DNA from: Patescibacteria group bacterium
GTDB taxonomy: Bacteria; Patescibacteriota; Microgenomatia; UBA8517
NCBI GenBank assembly: GCA_041742135.1
Contig: JBGSJG010000001.1
Span: 67,151 to 131,150 of the forward strand
Length of the DNA: 64,000 bases
Direction of reading: 5' to 3'
Below, one piece after another: positions 11,309 through 21,455 of this stretch. Both the position numbers and the translations under genes were made by a program. The notes under the pieces are model-generated. The model was not told the DNA's origin. It made no database searches and was given only the letters and a program-made list of their open reading frames with translations. Position 1 is the first letter of the stretch. Each line of letters starts with the position of its first letter.

Positions 11309-12295
11309 TCATCGCAAGTACTTCGCCACATTTTGATTGTGCTCCGAGAGGGTCTTGGCGTAATGAATATTTCCTTCAGAGTCGTGAATATAAAACATAT
11401 AATCCGTTTCTGATGGGTTTATTGCAGCGTTTAGCGAAGTGAGCCCCGGGTTTGCAATCGGCGCAGGCGGAACGCCAGTAATTTGGTAAGTGTTAAACGG
11501 CGAGTCAATTTCCAAATCTGCCCGAAGTGGCGGGACCCACCAGTCACACTCAACTTTTGCCTTACACCTTATTGTCCCCAATGCATACTGGGCGGTCGCA
11601 TCGGCCTGAAGTGGCCAACCCATATCTATTCTATTTAATAAAATCCCAGCCACAACGGGTCGCTCGTCGGCAGTTAACGTCTCCCGCTCTATTATTGAAG
11701 CCAAAACAATGGCCTCATTTATGTCTAGGCCACTCTTTTGATTGTATTTAAACTGCGTATCAAAGTTCGCAGTCAATTTATTAATGACTGTTTGGGCAGA
11801 TGCGTCTTTGGGAAACAAATACGTGTCGGGGAAAAGGCGTCCTTCTAGATCCGTGCTAAGACTTAAAAATTCCTCAGTAAACTCGCTGGCGGCAGAGCCC
11901 GTTAGGCCAAAAGCATCGATAAAACGCGAGCTGTATTGTTCACGCCTTAAGCCTTCGGGGATTGTTACCCAGATTTCTCTGGGGCCCTTTTTAAGTAAGG
12001 ACATAAGATTCTCGATGTCCAAATTTGCGGGAATTTGAAATTCTCCCGGGGGGATATTCCCAGAGATGCCGTTTATTTGAGTGTAAACCTTAAATGCCAG
12101 GGCATTTTTGATTAAGCCCGCTTCGGCCAAGTCAGTGGCAATTTTAGTGGCGCTACTTCCACGAGTAATAATAAAGCGCTTCTCTGTTGGGTCACTTGAA
12201 GGAGCGGCCGTCTGCGACAAATACCAGAAAACGCTAAAAATACTGGTTAAAATAACCAACACTCCAAAAAATACAAATACTAGGTATTTTCGCAT
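11309..12295 (-). CDS. mltG: Endolytic transglycosylase MltG (YceG)
   Basis: N-terminal TM; TIPEG, LEGRLFPDTY, LASIIERE, LQADAT, SPFNTY, PIANPG. Confidence 0.95.
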   Translation of the reverse strand: MRKYLVFVFFGVLVILTSIFSVFWYLSQTAAPSSDPTEKRFIITRGSSATKIATDLAEAGLIKNALAFKVYTQINGISGNIPPGEFQIPANLDIENLMSLLKKGPREIWVTIPEGLRREQYSSRFIDAFGLTGSAASEFTEEFLSLSTDLEGRLFPDTYLFPKDASAQTVINKLTANFDTQFKYNQKSGLDINEAIVLASIIERETLTADERPVVAGILLNRIDMGWPLQADATAQYALGTIRCKAKVECDWWVPPLRADLEIDSPFNTYQITGVPPAPIANPGLTSLNAAINPSETDYMFYIHDSEGNIHYAKTLSEHNQNVAKYLR

Positions 12296-12312
12296 ATGAA
12301 GATTGTAACAGA

Positions 12313-12510
12313 TTATACTTCGCTAATTAGAGCGCGGCGGAAATGGCCTTTGGCGTCTTTAATATAAATGCGGCCACATTTTTTGCAAGTGATTTTCTTG
12401 CCCAACTTATGGCTTTCTTCTTTAGCCCCGATCAGAGGCTGACTACAACCCACACAGCGCCCTTGTGAAAGTAACCAAGCTTGGATAGGTGCTATAACGT
12501 TTTTGATCAT
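12313..12510 (-). CDS. Small zinc-ribbon protein (CxxC...CxxC)
   Basis: CVGC and CKKC pairs; fills the yqgF-mltG gap; TGgTATAAT 5 nt before the ATG. Confidence 0.7.
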   Translation of the reverse strand: MIKNVIAPIQAWLLSQGRCVGCSQPLIGAKEESHKLGKKITCKKCGRIYIKDAKGHFRRALISEV

Positions 12511-12526
12511 GACTGATTATACCAGA

Positions 12527-12916
12527 CTAGGCTACTAAATTATCCAGGTAATTTTGAAGGATTAAAGTAGCTGAGAATGCGTCTTCCATTCTCCTTCTTT
12601 TTATTCGCTTCATGCCAGCTTCGATCGTCATCGCCTGAACATCCTTGGTTGTCAAGGTTTCGTCGGCGTAGACTACCGGCAAGCCAAGCTCTTTCTCGAG
12701 TAGCTCTCCAAATTCTTTTGAGGCCGCGCCTACTTCTCCATCCGAAAGGCCGATAACAATTTTTGAAATGTTATCTGTCAACACGATTCTTCCTATTTCG
12801 CGGGCCAAATCAATCGTCTTTTTGTACCTTATTACCCGAAGCGGAGCAGCCAGAGGACCAGCGGCATAGGCCAAGCCGACTTTACTTAATCCAAAATCAA
12901 TTCCTAGAGTATTCAT
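12527..12916 (-). CDS. yqgF: YqgF/RuvX RNase H-fold nuclease
   Basis: LGIDFG.SKVGLA, IVIGL, DETLTT, DAFSATLILQNYLD. Confidence 0.93.
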   Translation of the reverse strand: MNTLGIDFGLSKVGLAYAAGPLAAPLRVIRYKKTIDLAREIGRIVLTDNISKIVIGLSDGEVGAASKEFGELLEKELGLPVVYADETLTTKDVQAMTIEAGMKRIKRRRMEDAFSATLILQNYLDNLVA

Positions 12917-13568
12917 TACTGCTTAGTCTACCAGTGGGGTCAAGTCTTGCCCGTACTATGAGTCTTTTAGGGCGCAGCGGATGCCCGGGAGGAGTACAGG
13001 TGATAAGGGTAACATAAGAATCATCGAGGTTCTGAGCTAAGATCTCCAGATCTGTAGGTTTTACCTCAAAGACATCTTCAACCACAAATACGTAGGAAAT
13101 GCCATCGTAGCGGATTTCCAACTGGTCAGATTCTTTAATAGTAGGAAGGGTGGAAAAAATTGACATATAATCTTTGGGGTTAAAAAACTGCGGCAAAATC
13201 GAGTGGCCAAAGATAACAGCATTGCCGCGCTTACCTGGAAGAGCGGTTCCCGGATATTGGATTAGGGATTCACTTAAATCCTCCCCACCAATGGCTACAG
13301 TCGCGTCTTTGATGCCAAGTTTGGGAATAGTCAAATTGTAATAGCGAATTTTTGAGATATCAAAATCTTCAGAGTTTGTCGGAAACCACTGACTTGCCTT
13401 CGTATAGTCAATTTCCACTTCATCCTCTGGAACTGGTGAGAGGTACTCCCGAAATTGCGTTCCGTTGTCCAAAGAATATGTACTTATCGGCAAAACCACA
13501 TAGCCCAAAACCACAAGCCCCAATATAGCGCTAGTAAAACCAATAACTTTGCTGAAGCGTTTTTTCAT
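12897..13568 (-). CDS. Sortase
   Basis: N-terminal TM; PGTALPG..GNAVIFGH, TLITC and RLIVRA give the His/Cys/Arg triad. Confidence 0.95.
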   Translation of the reverse strand: MKKRFSKVIGFTSAILGLVVLGYVVLPISTYSLDNGTQFREYLSPVPEDEVEIDYTKASQWFPTNSEDFDISKIRYYNLTIPKLGIKDATVAIGGEDLSESLIQYPGTALPGKRGNAVIFGHSILPQFFNPKDYMSIFSTLPTIKESDQLEIRYDGISYVFVVEDVFEVKPTDLEILAQNLDDSYVTLITCTPPGHPLRPKRLIVRARLDPTGRLSSNEYSRN

Positions 13569-15718
13569 TGTTCGGCTAAAACTTCAATAGTCACATTTTT
13601 TGCAATGGTAGGGATTCTGTTAAGTATCCCGGGCAAAACTGGCTGAAGCGTAACAACTGCCCGTGAGTAGCCAGGGATTTGTGACAAGAAATCTTTAATG
13701 CTATCTGGCCGCTTGCCCAGCACTTCTTTTTTAATCGCATCTGTGTCTACTGAAGGCAGAAGATTGGCGCTTAGTGTGACATCAAACTCCCAAACTCCTG
13801 TATCGATCTCGTCAATTAAATCAAAATTTGCTGTGACCTGCTCACCTCGAAGGGCAAAACCCTCGGGGATTTGGTCTTTCAAAATAGTAAGGGACATTTG
13901 CTCAACTTGTTCTTTTGGTAAAACTAATCCGCGAGCTGACATGCTCATGGTGTAGCTTACACTGCCTGCTTCGTCCCCCGCTTTGCCACTTGATGACTCG
14001 TCAGTAATCTCGTAAGTTACGGACTCTGGAACAAATCGTGCACTTCCCGCCTCAGACGCGAGTCTCTCGCGTGCTTTGTCCTCAAGTTCGCTCTCCAAAT
14101 CTTCTTTTAATCCGCTTATATCAGAAGCTGAAATTGCTGTAATCTCGCGGCTTGATCCTCCGGAGAAGTCACTCTCTGCTACAGCGTCAACGTCGCTTTT
14201 TGGATAATTTCTCACAGAAAAAGTCTCGTCTTTTGCCAAATTGTACTGCCCACCAATATCCGCCGCAGTAGCCGCAACTGAGGCGCTGCCCGGGGTTGTA
14301 GGCGAGGAAGCTTTTGGAACATCAACCGCACTGTCTAGGGTAAATTTTAAATCATTTTGACCAGACAATGTGTCGCCGGCGTCAAAAGACAAGTCCTCCG
14401 CAGTTCCGTTTCTGATTGTCACAGACCCACGAGCAGGATCACCAACCGTTTTGACTCCCGTCGCAGAAGCAGTTTTTTCGGAAGTAACTTCGATTTGAAC
14501 AGACTCGGCAGGAAATTCAAAATTCTCGACATCTGCAGTTTCAATATCTTCAGAAAGTGTAATCACCTCAGAATCCTGCAAATTTTTTGGTGAAATGTGA
14601 ATCGTAATAGTAGCGCGTGGCAAATATATCCAAGCTGCTATAAGACCACCGAGTATCAAAACCAAGGCAACTGGAAGCAGTACTTTGAGTTTCTTGAGAT
14701 TAAGCCTTCTCTTTGCAAACGTAGGTGTCTCGGGAACGTGCGGCAGCTTTGGAGCTGCTGGCTTTTTTAACTTTTTAAAAATCCCCATAACTGGTGCGAG
14801 CGCCGTAAGCGGAGAAAAAGTGGGTTTTTTCTTCACCACGAGGGGATCTGGCAAATTCTCGGTATCACCCATGGTTGCCAGTGGTTCGCTGTGAACTTCC
14901 GAGATGTCGGCATCGACCACAAAACCTAAATCTTCAGGCGACAAATCTTCGGTGTGTTCAAAATTACTTTCTTCTGAATCGTCCCCTTCAACGCCTGTAA
15001 TTTCAGACAGCTCTGAAGCTCCAGCAATTGAAACTGCTTCAGCTTTTTCGCTAGAAGTTACAATGTCCACCTGGGGGGTGTGTAAAATCTTTAAGCTCTC
15101 AGACAAATCTTTCCAGTCTGTTTTGATAAGTTCCTGCTTAACTTCTTCAAGGCTAACTTCTTGACCATCATACAAAAGCCAGCGAGTAGGAATAGCTTCG
15201 CTTGATGGGAAGCGACTAAGGCCTTCTACAACGTCCTCGGTCAAAGAAACACTCCTGCCCACGCTCACCGTACCCACAATATTGCCGAGCCGAACTAAAG
15301 TTAAATCCAAGCTCCCCACCCCCACTCCAACGATTACTCCAGAAAGTGGGCTACCCTCACGAATTTTAACCCCATGAGCTATCGCTTCTGGCAAAACTAC
15401 AAACCCAGTTGGGGTCAGGGAAAGTTTTTGAGAAACCAACCTTATTTTTTCCAAATGGGCTTTTTTAATTTTGCCGTCTTCGACCCATGAGGCCGGGACA
15501 CCGTAAACGGTTTTGGAAGGCTCTTGGGCATTTTCTGGAAGCTCTGACACGACTTCGCTTAGCGCAGCATCAACCTTTTCAATCAAATCCTCATCTGTTT
15601 CCCATGTATTTGGAGTGCTTGTAGATAAAATTGCGACTTTGTCAGCCCGTACAGTCCATAAGGCAGCCTGAACCAACTCTTGTTCGATTACAATAGACCA
15701 GAAGTATTCTTCTTTCAT
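13565..15718 (-). CDS. Bitopic membrane protein: cytoplasmic possibly actin-fold (FtsA/PilM-like) region, one TM, extracellular baseplate-J-like/beta-rich region
   Basis: 717 aa with a single TM near aa 345-365; ARGSVTIRN...AGDTL...FTL...VAATAADIGGQYN resembles baseplate-J-like domains of CPR membrane proteins. Stop overlaps the sortase start (ATGA). Confidence 0.55.
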   Translation of the reverse strand: MKEEYFWSIVIEQELVQAALWTVRADKVAILSTSTPNTWETDEDLIEKVDAALSEVVSELPENAQEPSKTVYGVPASWVEDGKIKKAHLEKIRLVSQKLSLTPTGFVVLPEAIAHGVKIREGSPLSGVIVGVGVGSLDLTLVRLGNIVGTVSVGRSVSLTEDVVEGLSRFPSSEAIPTRWLLYDGQEVSLEEVKQELIKTDWKDLSESLKILHTPQVDIVTSSEKAEAVSIAGASELSEITGVEGDDSEESNFEHTEDLSPEDLGFVVDADISEVHSEPLATMGDTENLPDPLVVKKKPTFSPLTALAPVMGIFKKLKKPAAPKLPHVPETPTFAKRRLNLKKLKVLLPVALVLILGGLIAAWIYLPRATITIHISPKNLQDSEVITLSEDIETADVENFEFPAESVQIEVTSEKTASATGVKTVGDPARGSVTIRNGTAEDLSFDAGDTLSGQNDLKFTLDSAVDVPKASSPTTPGSASVAATAADIGGQYNLAKDETFSVRNYPKSDVDAVAESDFSGGSSREITAISASDISGLKEDLESELEDKARERLASEAGSARFVPESVTYEITDESSSGKAGDEAGSVSYTMSMSARGLVLPKEQVEQMSLTILKDQIPEGFALRGEQVTANFDLIDEIDTGVWEFDVTLSANLLPSVDTDAIKKEVLGKRPDSIKDFLSQIPGYSRAVVTLQPVLPGILNRIPTIAKNVTIEVLAEQ

Positions 15719-15731
15719 GGGCAGAGTTTAC

Positions 15732-17459
15732 TCACTCAATAATTGCGTAGATTCGTCTGACGCCAGCGGCGACAGACTCCTCCTTAGTAATCTTAACACG
15801 TCCGTGAATCTCAGACAGCTTTGCCACATGCGGCCCTCCACAAAACTCGACACTGAAGGGTAAATCGATTGAGCCTATAAAATACACGCTCACATTGTCA
15901 GGGTATTTTTTAGCAAATTCCATCTGGGCACCAAGCTTTTCGGCATCACTTTTGGGCATGATTTTTTTTGTAACCTCCAAATCCTCTGCAATTTTTTCAT
16001 TAACCAGCGCTTCCACTTTGCCAACTTCATCTTCGGTCAATTTTCGACTGAAATTAAAATCCATCCTCATGCGCTCGGCGTTAATGTTGCTTCCCTTTTG
16101 AGAGATTTTTGGGTCCACTGTTTTTTGAAGCGCAGCCAACACCAAATGATGGACAGTGTGAAGCCGGGTAACTTCAATGGAGTGATCAGCCAAACCACCC
16201 TTAAAAACTCCGGCCGAGCTTGTGCGTGACTTTTCTTGATGCTTCCCAAAGGCTTTTTTAAATTCATCAACATTTATTTTATGGCCGCGCTCCAGAGCCA
16301 ACTCCAAAGTGATTTCCAGAGGAAAGCCATAAGTCTGATACAAATCAAAAGCAATCTTGCCATCAACGTTCTCAAGCTTCTCGAATTCTTTAAGGCCTTG
16401 ATCCAAAGTTTTAATAAATTTCCCAACTTCCTCAATTATTACTTCACTATCGGTGAGTGCCATAAAATCATCCTTAGATACCTCACTCTTGAGGCTTTTA
16501 AGCTTAACGACAGCTCGCCTGATTAGCCTTCGCATTACGTAACTTTGAAGTTTATTGCCGGGAATCACGCCAGCATTCGAAAGCGCGTTAGCCGCTCGAA
16601 TATGATCTGCAATAATTCGCATAGCAGATTCCTCGCCCTCATATTTTTTGCTTGTCAGGTCCTCGATTTTTCCAATCAAACTGGCAAAAATGTCAATTTT
16701 AAAAATATCTGGGTCATTATTGGTTACTGCCACAAGCCTCTCGAGGCCTCCTCCAAAGTCCACGTTTTTTTGAGGCAATTCTGTAAGCTTCCCGTTTTTT
16801 TTGATGTATTGGATAAAGACTGAGTTGCCGATTTCCAAAAATCGCCCGCAATCGCAGTTTGGGTGGCAATGCTCGCCAAATCTTGGGTCGTGTTTCACAG
16901 AATCAAATTCAAAAAAGATCTCGGAATCTGGCCCACCAATTTCTCCCTCAGGCATGTTTTCCGGCACACCCGAGCGGCTCCACCAGTTTTTATCCACCCC
17001 ATACTCAAGAATGTGATCCGTGGGCACTCCGAGAGATTTCCAAATTTCATAAGATTCTTCGTCGCGAGGAACCGACTCATCGCCCTCAAAAATTGATACA
17101 TAAAGTTTTTCTTTTGGAAGGCCAAGCTCCTGAGTTAAAAACTCCCAGACCCAAGGCAGCTGCTCAGCTTTGAAATAATCCCCCAAGGACCAGTTCCCTA
17201 GCATTTCAAAAAAGGTGGTGTGGCGATTGTCGCCAACATCTTCGATATCACCAACCCGAATTGCAGGCTGGGAATCAGTAAGCCTTTTACCTTCTGGATG
17301 AACTTCACCCATAAGATAAGGCACCAAAGGCTGCATACCTGAACTCGTAAAAAGTGTGGTTGGGTCGTTTTCTAAAACCAAGGGAGCTGGTGGAATAATC
17401 TTGTGCCCACGCTTTTCAAAAAACTTTAGATATTTATCTCGAACTTCATCTGTGTTCAT
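15732..17459 (-). CDS. alaS: Alanine--tRNA ligase, short form without C-Ala domain
   Basis: DPTTLFTSSGMQ, HTTFFEMLGNWS, editing-site HTVHH and EFCGGPH; ends just after AAGVRRI. Confidence 0.97.
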   Translation of the reverse strand: MNTDEVRDKYLKFFEKRGHKIIPPAPLVLENDPTTLFTSSGMQPLVPYLMGEVHPEGKRLTDSQPAIRVGDIEDVGDNRHTTFFEMLGNWSLGDYFKAEQLPWVWEFLTQELGLPKEKLYVSIFEGDESVPRDEESYEIWKSLGVPTDHILEYGVDKNWWSRSGVPENMPEGEIGGPDSEIFFEFDSVKHDPRFGEHCHPNCDCGRFLEIGNSVFIQYIKKNGKLTELPQKNVDFGGGLERLVAVTNNDPDIFKIDIFASLIGKIEDLTSKKYEGEESAMRIIADHIRAANALSNAGVIPGNKLQSYVMRRLIRRAVVKLKSLKSEVSKDDFMALTDSEVIIEEVGKFIKTLDQGLKEFEKLENVDGKIAFDLYQTYGFPLEITLELALERGHKINVDEFKKAFGKHQEKSRTSSAGVFKGGLADHSIEVTRLHTVHHLVLAALQKTVDPKISQKGSNINAERMRMDFNFSRKLTEDEVGKVEALVNEKIAEDLEVTKKIMPKSDAEKLGAQMEFAKKYPDNVSVYFIGSIDLPFSVEFCGGPHVAKLSEIHGRVKITKEESVAAGVRRIYAIIE

Positions 17460-17537
17460 GTAGGCTGATTATAACCTAACTTGTGCTGTATCGCACGAAA
17501 TTTGACAAGAGAAAAACTAAGACTACAATACGGGCAT

Positions 17538-17810
17538 ATGGATGAAAGGTGTGAAGGTTGCCAGCACTACAGAGAAGCACTTGAACAGCTTGCCGCAAAG
17601 GAGAAAGAAAATGGAATTGCTACGCCTGCAATAGATGAAACCCTATTCCAATGCATCCCTACGTGGCCGGATGGCAAAATTGTCGCCGGAGTTATTCTTA
17701 CCCGTGGGTACAAAGAAAATCGCTTGGCCAACCCAAAGAACGTCAGCGTATTAGGGACGGTTGCTATTGGTACCCCACCAGTCAATTGCCCCCACACAAA
17801 TCCTTCATGA
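17538..17810 (+). CDS. Small Cys-containing hypothetical protein (CxxC...C...GTPxxxCP)
   Basis: TTGACA(17502)-16 nt-TACAAT then ATG 8 nt later; shares its motif with 18135..18389. Confidence 0.6.
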   Translation: MDERCEGCQHYREALEQLAAKEKENGIATPAIDETLFQCIPTWPDGKIVAGVILTRGYKENRLANPKNVSVLGTVAIGTPPVNCPHTNPS

Positions 17811-17850
17811 CAAGCTTGATTCTTAGCGTAAACGTATTAAAATTGGTTTT

Positions 17851-18036
17851 ATGAAAGATCGAGAAAAAGGCGATTTCGGACCAATCAATGGTATCTCCAT
17901 GGACAGGTATTCTGATCTCTGGCACGACACACAGAACCGATTATCACCAGCCGCGGTTGACAAATTAGACTTGCCCGAAGAAATTCCAGAAGATAAACTG
18001 CCAATGTACGAATCTCTATCCAACGCTACTCCTTGA
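17851..18036 (+). CDS. Small acidic hypothetical protein
   Basis: 61-aa ATG ORF with TAAAAT shortly upstream; fills the gap. Confidence 0.45.
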   Translation: MKDREKGDFGPINGISMDRYSDLWHDTQNRLSPAAVDKLDLPEEIPEDKLPMYESLSNATP

Positions 18037-18134
18037 ATTAAAAAAATTAAACGAAAAGACACTTTCTTCCTCACAATTAGCTTCCCGGTAATATAAATTA
18101 CTTACAGATAATTTTATGACTATATAATTGGCCC

Positions 18135-18389
18135 ATGAGAGGCGAGAGAAGAAGTTATCCATTTGATGCATGTGCCAGATGTCCACGAGCACAAGCAGCT
18201 GTAAGAAGTTTGCGTGAAACCTTAGATACAAGGCAGCTTCCTGAACTCCAGGTTGATTGTGAAATAATATGTGCGACCACAGCGAGCGCTACTGCTAAAT
18301 GTTTAGGTGGCGAGCTTGGAGGCGATGTTGTCGCGCGAAGTACGGGTACTCCGAAAAGAGAGTGTCCTCAAGTTACAGGGTCGCTTTAA
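18135..18389 (+). CDS. Small Cys-rich hypothetical protein (CxxC...GTPxxxCP)
   Basis: TATAAT 6 nt before the ATG; CARC and GTPKRECP. Confidence 0.6.
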   Translation: MRGERRSYPFDACARCPRAQAAVRSLRETLDTRQLPELQVDCEIICATTASATAKCLGGELGGDVVARSTGTPKRECPQVTGSL

Positions 18390-18634
18390 TTTGCAGAATT
18401 TTCTCCGTGGGTTTGCATCCCCTTTTTCTTTCTAAATAATTCCAAAACGCTTGTAAGCTTATCCGGTCTGATCAAGCCTCCTCCAATAATTGAATCTTCC
18501 AAAATTGAATTGATGCGCCTCATCATGCGGCGCAGATCCCGAATTACCATAAAAATCTGAGTCCCTATTACGATCAAAAGTATTGTTAATGCAATGACAA
18601 CAACCGTAAGTAGTGTTTGTACGTTTTCCATCAC
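18386..18634 (-). CDS. Small single-TM membrane protein
   Basis: Hydrophobic N-terminal helix; start overlaps the upstream stop. Confidence 0.7.
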   Translation of the reverse strand: MMENVQTLLTVVVIALTILLIVIGTQIFMVIRDLRRMMRRINSILEDSIIGGGLIRPDKLTSVLELFRKKKGMQTHGENSAN

Positions 18635-19260
18635 TGGGTAAATTGTGGATTAATATTACGTGTTTGGCGTGTTACTTTTCCAGCCCTAGAAGTTGCCGTA
18701 ACTTCAATCTTTTTTGAATCTAAGTTTATTTCTATAGTTGTACTAAAAGCTCCGTCTTCAGCCACTAAGGCTGGTTGTGAATTAACCACGACCGAGGTAT
18801 TTGGATCAGTTTTGCCTGAAACACGTACCTGGTCTTGCGTAATTAGGGCCGCTTCTGCCGGTGTGTCGATATTCAAACTTGGAGGACGAGTAAAAGCAAG
18901 ATATTGAGAAATCAAATATGCCGCGATCGCAATTACTACTAGTGCGGCCCCGGCAAAAAATACCAATTGAGGACTTAAGCGAAATTCACGAGGAATATCG
19001 GGCTTTGGAAGAACAGAAACGTTTTGAGGCGGATAGTCGCGACGAAGAAGTGCCGAGGCTTGGTCACGATCAGCACCTACTGCATCAGCTATGTTTTTAA
19101 CAAAACCAGAAACAACAGTAAACTCAGGTAGGCGAGCCCACTTCTCCTTTTCAATCGCTTCCAAAAACTCATGCCGGATTTTTGTTTCAGCAGAAACATC
19201 TTTAATGGTCAGGTTTTTAATTTTCCTTGCAGATCGCAAGTATGTCCCGATAGTTTTCAT
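18631..19260 (-). CDS. RodZ-like protein (XRE HTH, TM, Ig-like domain)
   Basis: TIGTYLRSARK...VSAETKIR..FLEAIE..LPEFTVVSGFVKN; TM; C-terminal VSGKTDP..VVVN Ig-like domain; follows ftsK. Confidence 0.85.
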   Translation of the reverse strand: MKTIGTYLRSARKIKNLTIKDVSAETKIRHEFLEAIEKEKWARLPEFTVVSGFVKNIADAVGADRDQASALLRRDYPPQNVSVLPKPDIPREFRLSPQLVFFAGAALVVIAIAAYLISQYLAFTRPPSLNIDTPAEAALITQDQVRVSGKTDPNTSVVVNSQPALVAEDGAFSTTIEINLDSKKIEVTATSRAGKVTRQTRNINPQFTQ

Positions 19261-19264
19261 GAGT

Positions 19265-21406
19265 TTAATTTTGGTTTTCCTCGGGAGAATCGGGTGGCGC
19301 TGCTCCAAATACATCAGCTGAGTTTTGGACTAAAACATCACGAGGCTTACTGCCATCAGCAGCGCTTACTACTCCTGCTGCCTCCAGCTGGTCCAAAATA
19401 CGAGCCGCGCGAGCATAACCGATCGAAAGCCTCCTCTGAAGAAGCGAGGCAGAAGCACGGTCATACTGGCAAACCACTTCGACTGCGCTTTTGAACAAAT
19501 CATCTGCATCGCCCTCTACTCCTGCCACTGCATTTCTGCCTTGTTTCTCCATAGTCGTAACTTCTTCGGTGTACTGGGGCATCACACCTTGTTGTTTTAT
19601 AAAATCAATCAAGGCCTTTGTGTCCGAATCTGTCACAAAAGCTCCTTGAATTCTCTTGGCGCGAGCCTGATCTGGCGCCAAATAAAGCATGTCACCTTTA
19701 CCCAAAAGCTTCTCGGCTCCCTGGCCATCCAAAATAACTCGGGAATCTACTTGAGAGCTTACTGCAAAGGCAATTCGACACGGAATGTTTGCCTTGATAA
19801 GGCCTGTGATGACATCAACTGAAGGCCGTTGTGTGGCCAAAACCATGTGAATTCCTGTAGCTCGGCTCATCTGGGCGATACGAGTAATAGCCTCCTCCAC
19901 CTCGACTGGGGCTGCAAGCATGACATCGGCCAGCTCATCAACCACAAAGATTATGTAAGGCAGAGCCTGAAAGCCTGACATTTGGTTATAGCCATCGATG
20001 TTTCGTACTCCAGCTTGGGCAAAAAGCTTGTAACGGCGATCCATTTCAGAAATTGTCCATCGAAGAGCAGAAATCACTTTATCAGGCTCTACAATCACGG
20101 GACTTAGTAAATGTGGGATGTCGTTATAGCCGGTGAGCTCGACGCGCTTAGGATCTACCAGAATAAACTTAACTTCCGAAGGCGAAGCGCGGAAAAGTAG
20201 CGATGCCATGAATACGTTTAGACAAATACTTTTGCCCGAACCTGTCTGGCCCGCGATCAAGACGTGAGGCATACGAGCAATGTCCGCGATTACCGGCTTA
20301 CCGGCCACGTCAAAACCCAAGGCAACTGCGAGTTTGGAAGGGTGGTTTTGCATCTCTTCAGATACAATCATTTTCTTGATTGGCACAAATTCAGGTGAAC
20401 GGTTGGGCAGTTCAATGCCCACCAAAGAGCGGCCCGGGATTGGAGCCTCGATACGAATTGTTCCTGTGGGAGCTGCCAAGGCCAAGGCCAAATCGCGCTC
20501 AAGCGCAGTGATTTTACTAAGCTTGGTGCCAAGAGCAACTTCTAGGGCATATTGGGTGACTGCCGGTCCTTGGTTTACTTCCACAACACGCGCTGTGATA
20601 CCAAAGCTCTCAAGTGTCTCTTCAATAGTGTGGGCATTATCGCGAATGTCTCCACGGTCCGCATGCCCAGCATCACGCGCGGTCAAAATATTGGCTGAAG
20701 GGTATTTCCAAGATTGATCGGCGCCAGGCATGTTACTTACAAGTTGTGCCGTCAGGGCTTCCTTTGGAGCTTCGGCTACTGGCCTTGCTCGCAGGTCACG
20801 CTTGGGCTCACCACTCGCGTCACCTCCAGTAACTTTAAGCTCCTTTTTGCCGGTAAAACTCCCAGGCCTTGCTTTCACTCCTTCGTCTCCCACCAATATC
20901 TTCCTAATTTGTCGCAAGGCTGCCGCGAGAAATTCTAAAACTTTATCAAATGAAGTGTTAAAGAGAACCACAAGCCCAACAACAGCTGCAGCAAGCAGTA
21001 AGATAAAAGCACCCACTGGTGTCACGAGAGCCACCACTCCTAGCCAAGCTTGGCGGCCAAAATAACCAGCACGAGTTAGAGCTGAAATGGAAACGAAAAA
21101 TAAAATTGTGCCTATCAAAACATTTGGCTGGCCCAAGGGGGTCTTAAGTTTACTCATAAGAAATCCCAAAGAAATAAGAATGAAAGGAAGGAGAATCGAG
21201 CTCCAGCCAAGATAATTTACCAAAGTATCATTGACGCCCACTAAAGCACTGCCTTGGCGGGAGAAAGAAACAAGAATAAGCCCAGCCAAAGCAAAAACTC
21301 CGATTTGAATAATTGAAAAAATTACTTCAGACTTAATGTTTAAAGCCGGTCCTTTTTTGTGCCTGCCACCTCGAGGCACAACCTTACTTTTTTTCTTCTT
21401 GGCCAT
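19265..21406 (-). CDS. ftsK: DNA translocase FtsK/SpoIIIE
   Basis: 4 TMs, MPHVLIAGQTGSGKS, VVDELAD, ATQRPSVDVITG, gamma domain SLLQRRLSIGYARAAR. Confidence 0.98.
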   Translation of the reverse strand: MAKKKKSKVVPRGGRHKKGPALNIKSEVIFSIIQIGVFALAGLILVSFSRQGSALVGVNDTLVNYLGWSSILLPFILISLGFLMSKLKTPLGQPNVLIGTILFFVSISALTRAGYFGRQAWLGVVALVTPVGAFILLLAAAVVGLVVLFNTSFDKVLEFLAAALRQIRKILVGDEGVKARPGSFTGKKELKVTGGDASGEPKRDLRARPVAEAPKEALTAQLVSNMPGADQSWKYPSANILTARDAGHADRGDIRDNAHTIEETLESFGITARVVEVNQGPAVTQYALEVALGTKLSKITALERDLALALAAPTGTIRIEAPIPGRSLVGIELPNRSPEFVPIKKMIVSEEMQNHPSKLAVALGFDVAGKPVIADIARMPHVLIAGQTGSGKSICLNVFMASLLFRASPSEVKFILVDPKRVELTGYNDIPHLLSPVIVEPDKVISALRWTISEMDRRYKLFAQAGVRNIDGYNQMSGFQALPYIIFVVDELADVMLAAPVEVEEAITRIAQMSRATGIHMVLATQRPSVDVITGLIKANIPCRIAFAVSSQVDSRVILDGQGAEKLLGKGDMLYLAPDQARAKRIQGAFVTDSDTKALIDFIKQQGVMPQYTEEVTTMEKQGRNAVAGVEGDADDLFKSAVEVVCQYDRASASLLQRRLSIGYARAARILDQLEAAGVVSAADGSKPRDVLVQNSADVFGAAPPDSPEENQN

Positions 21407-21455
21407 GTGAGTTCATTATATATACATGAAGCCACAAGGTAAACAAAGGGGAAGA

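Noticed and set aside
13565-15718. Prophage or contractile injection system suggested by the baseplate-J-like domain
   Set aside because: No tail, sheath, capsid or terminase genes; the protein is membrane-anchored in a housekeeping context.
19477-19490. Partial match CTTCGACTGCGCT to the REP-like motif in ftsK
   Set aside because: It lacks the CAGG arm and lies in a conserved folded domain; probably chance.
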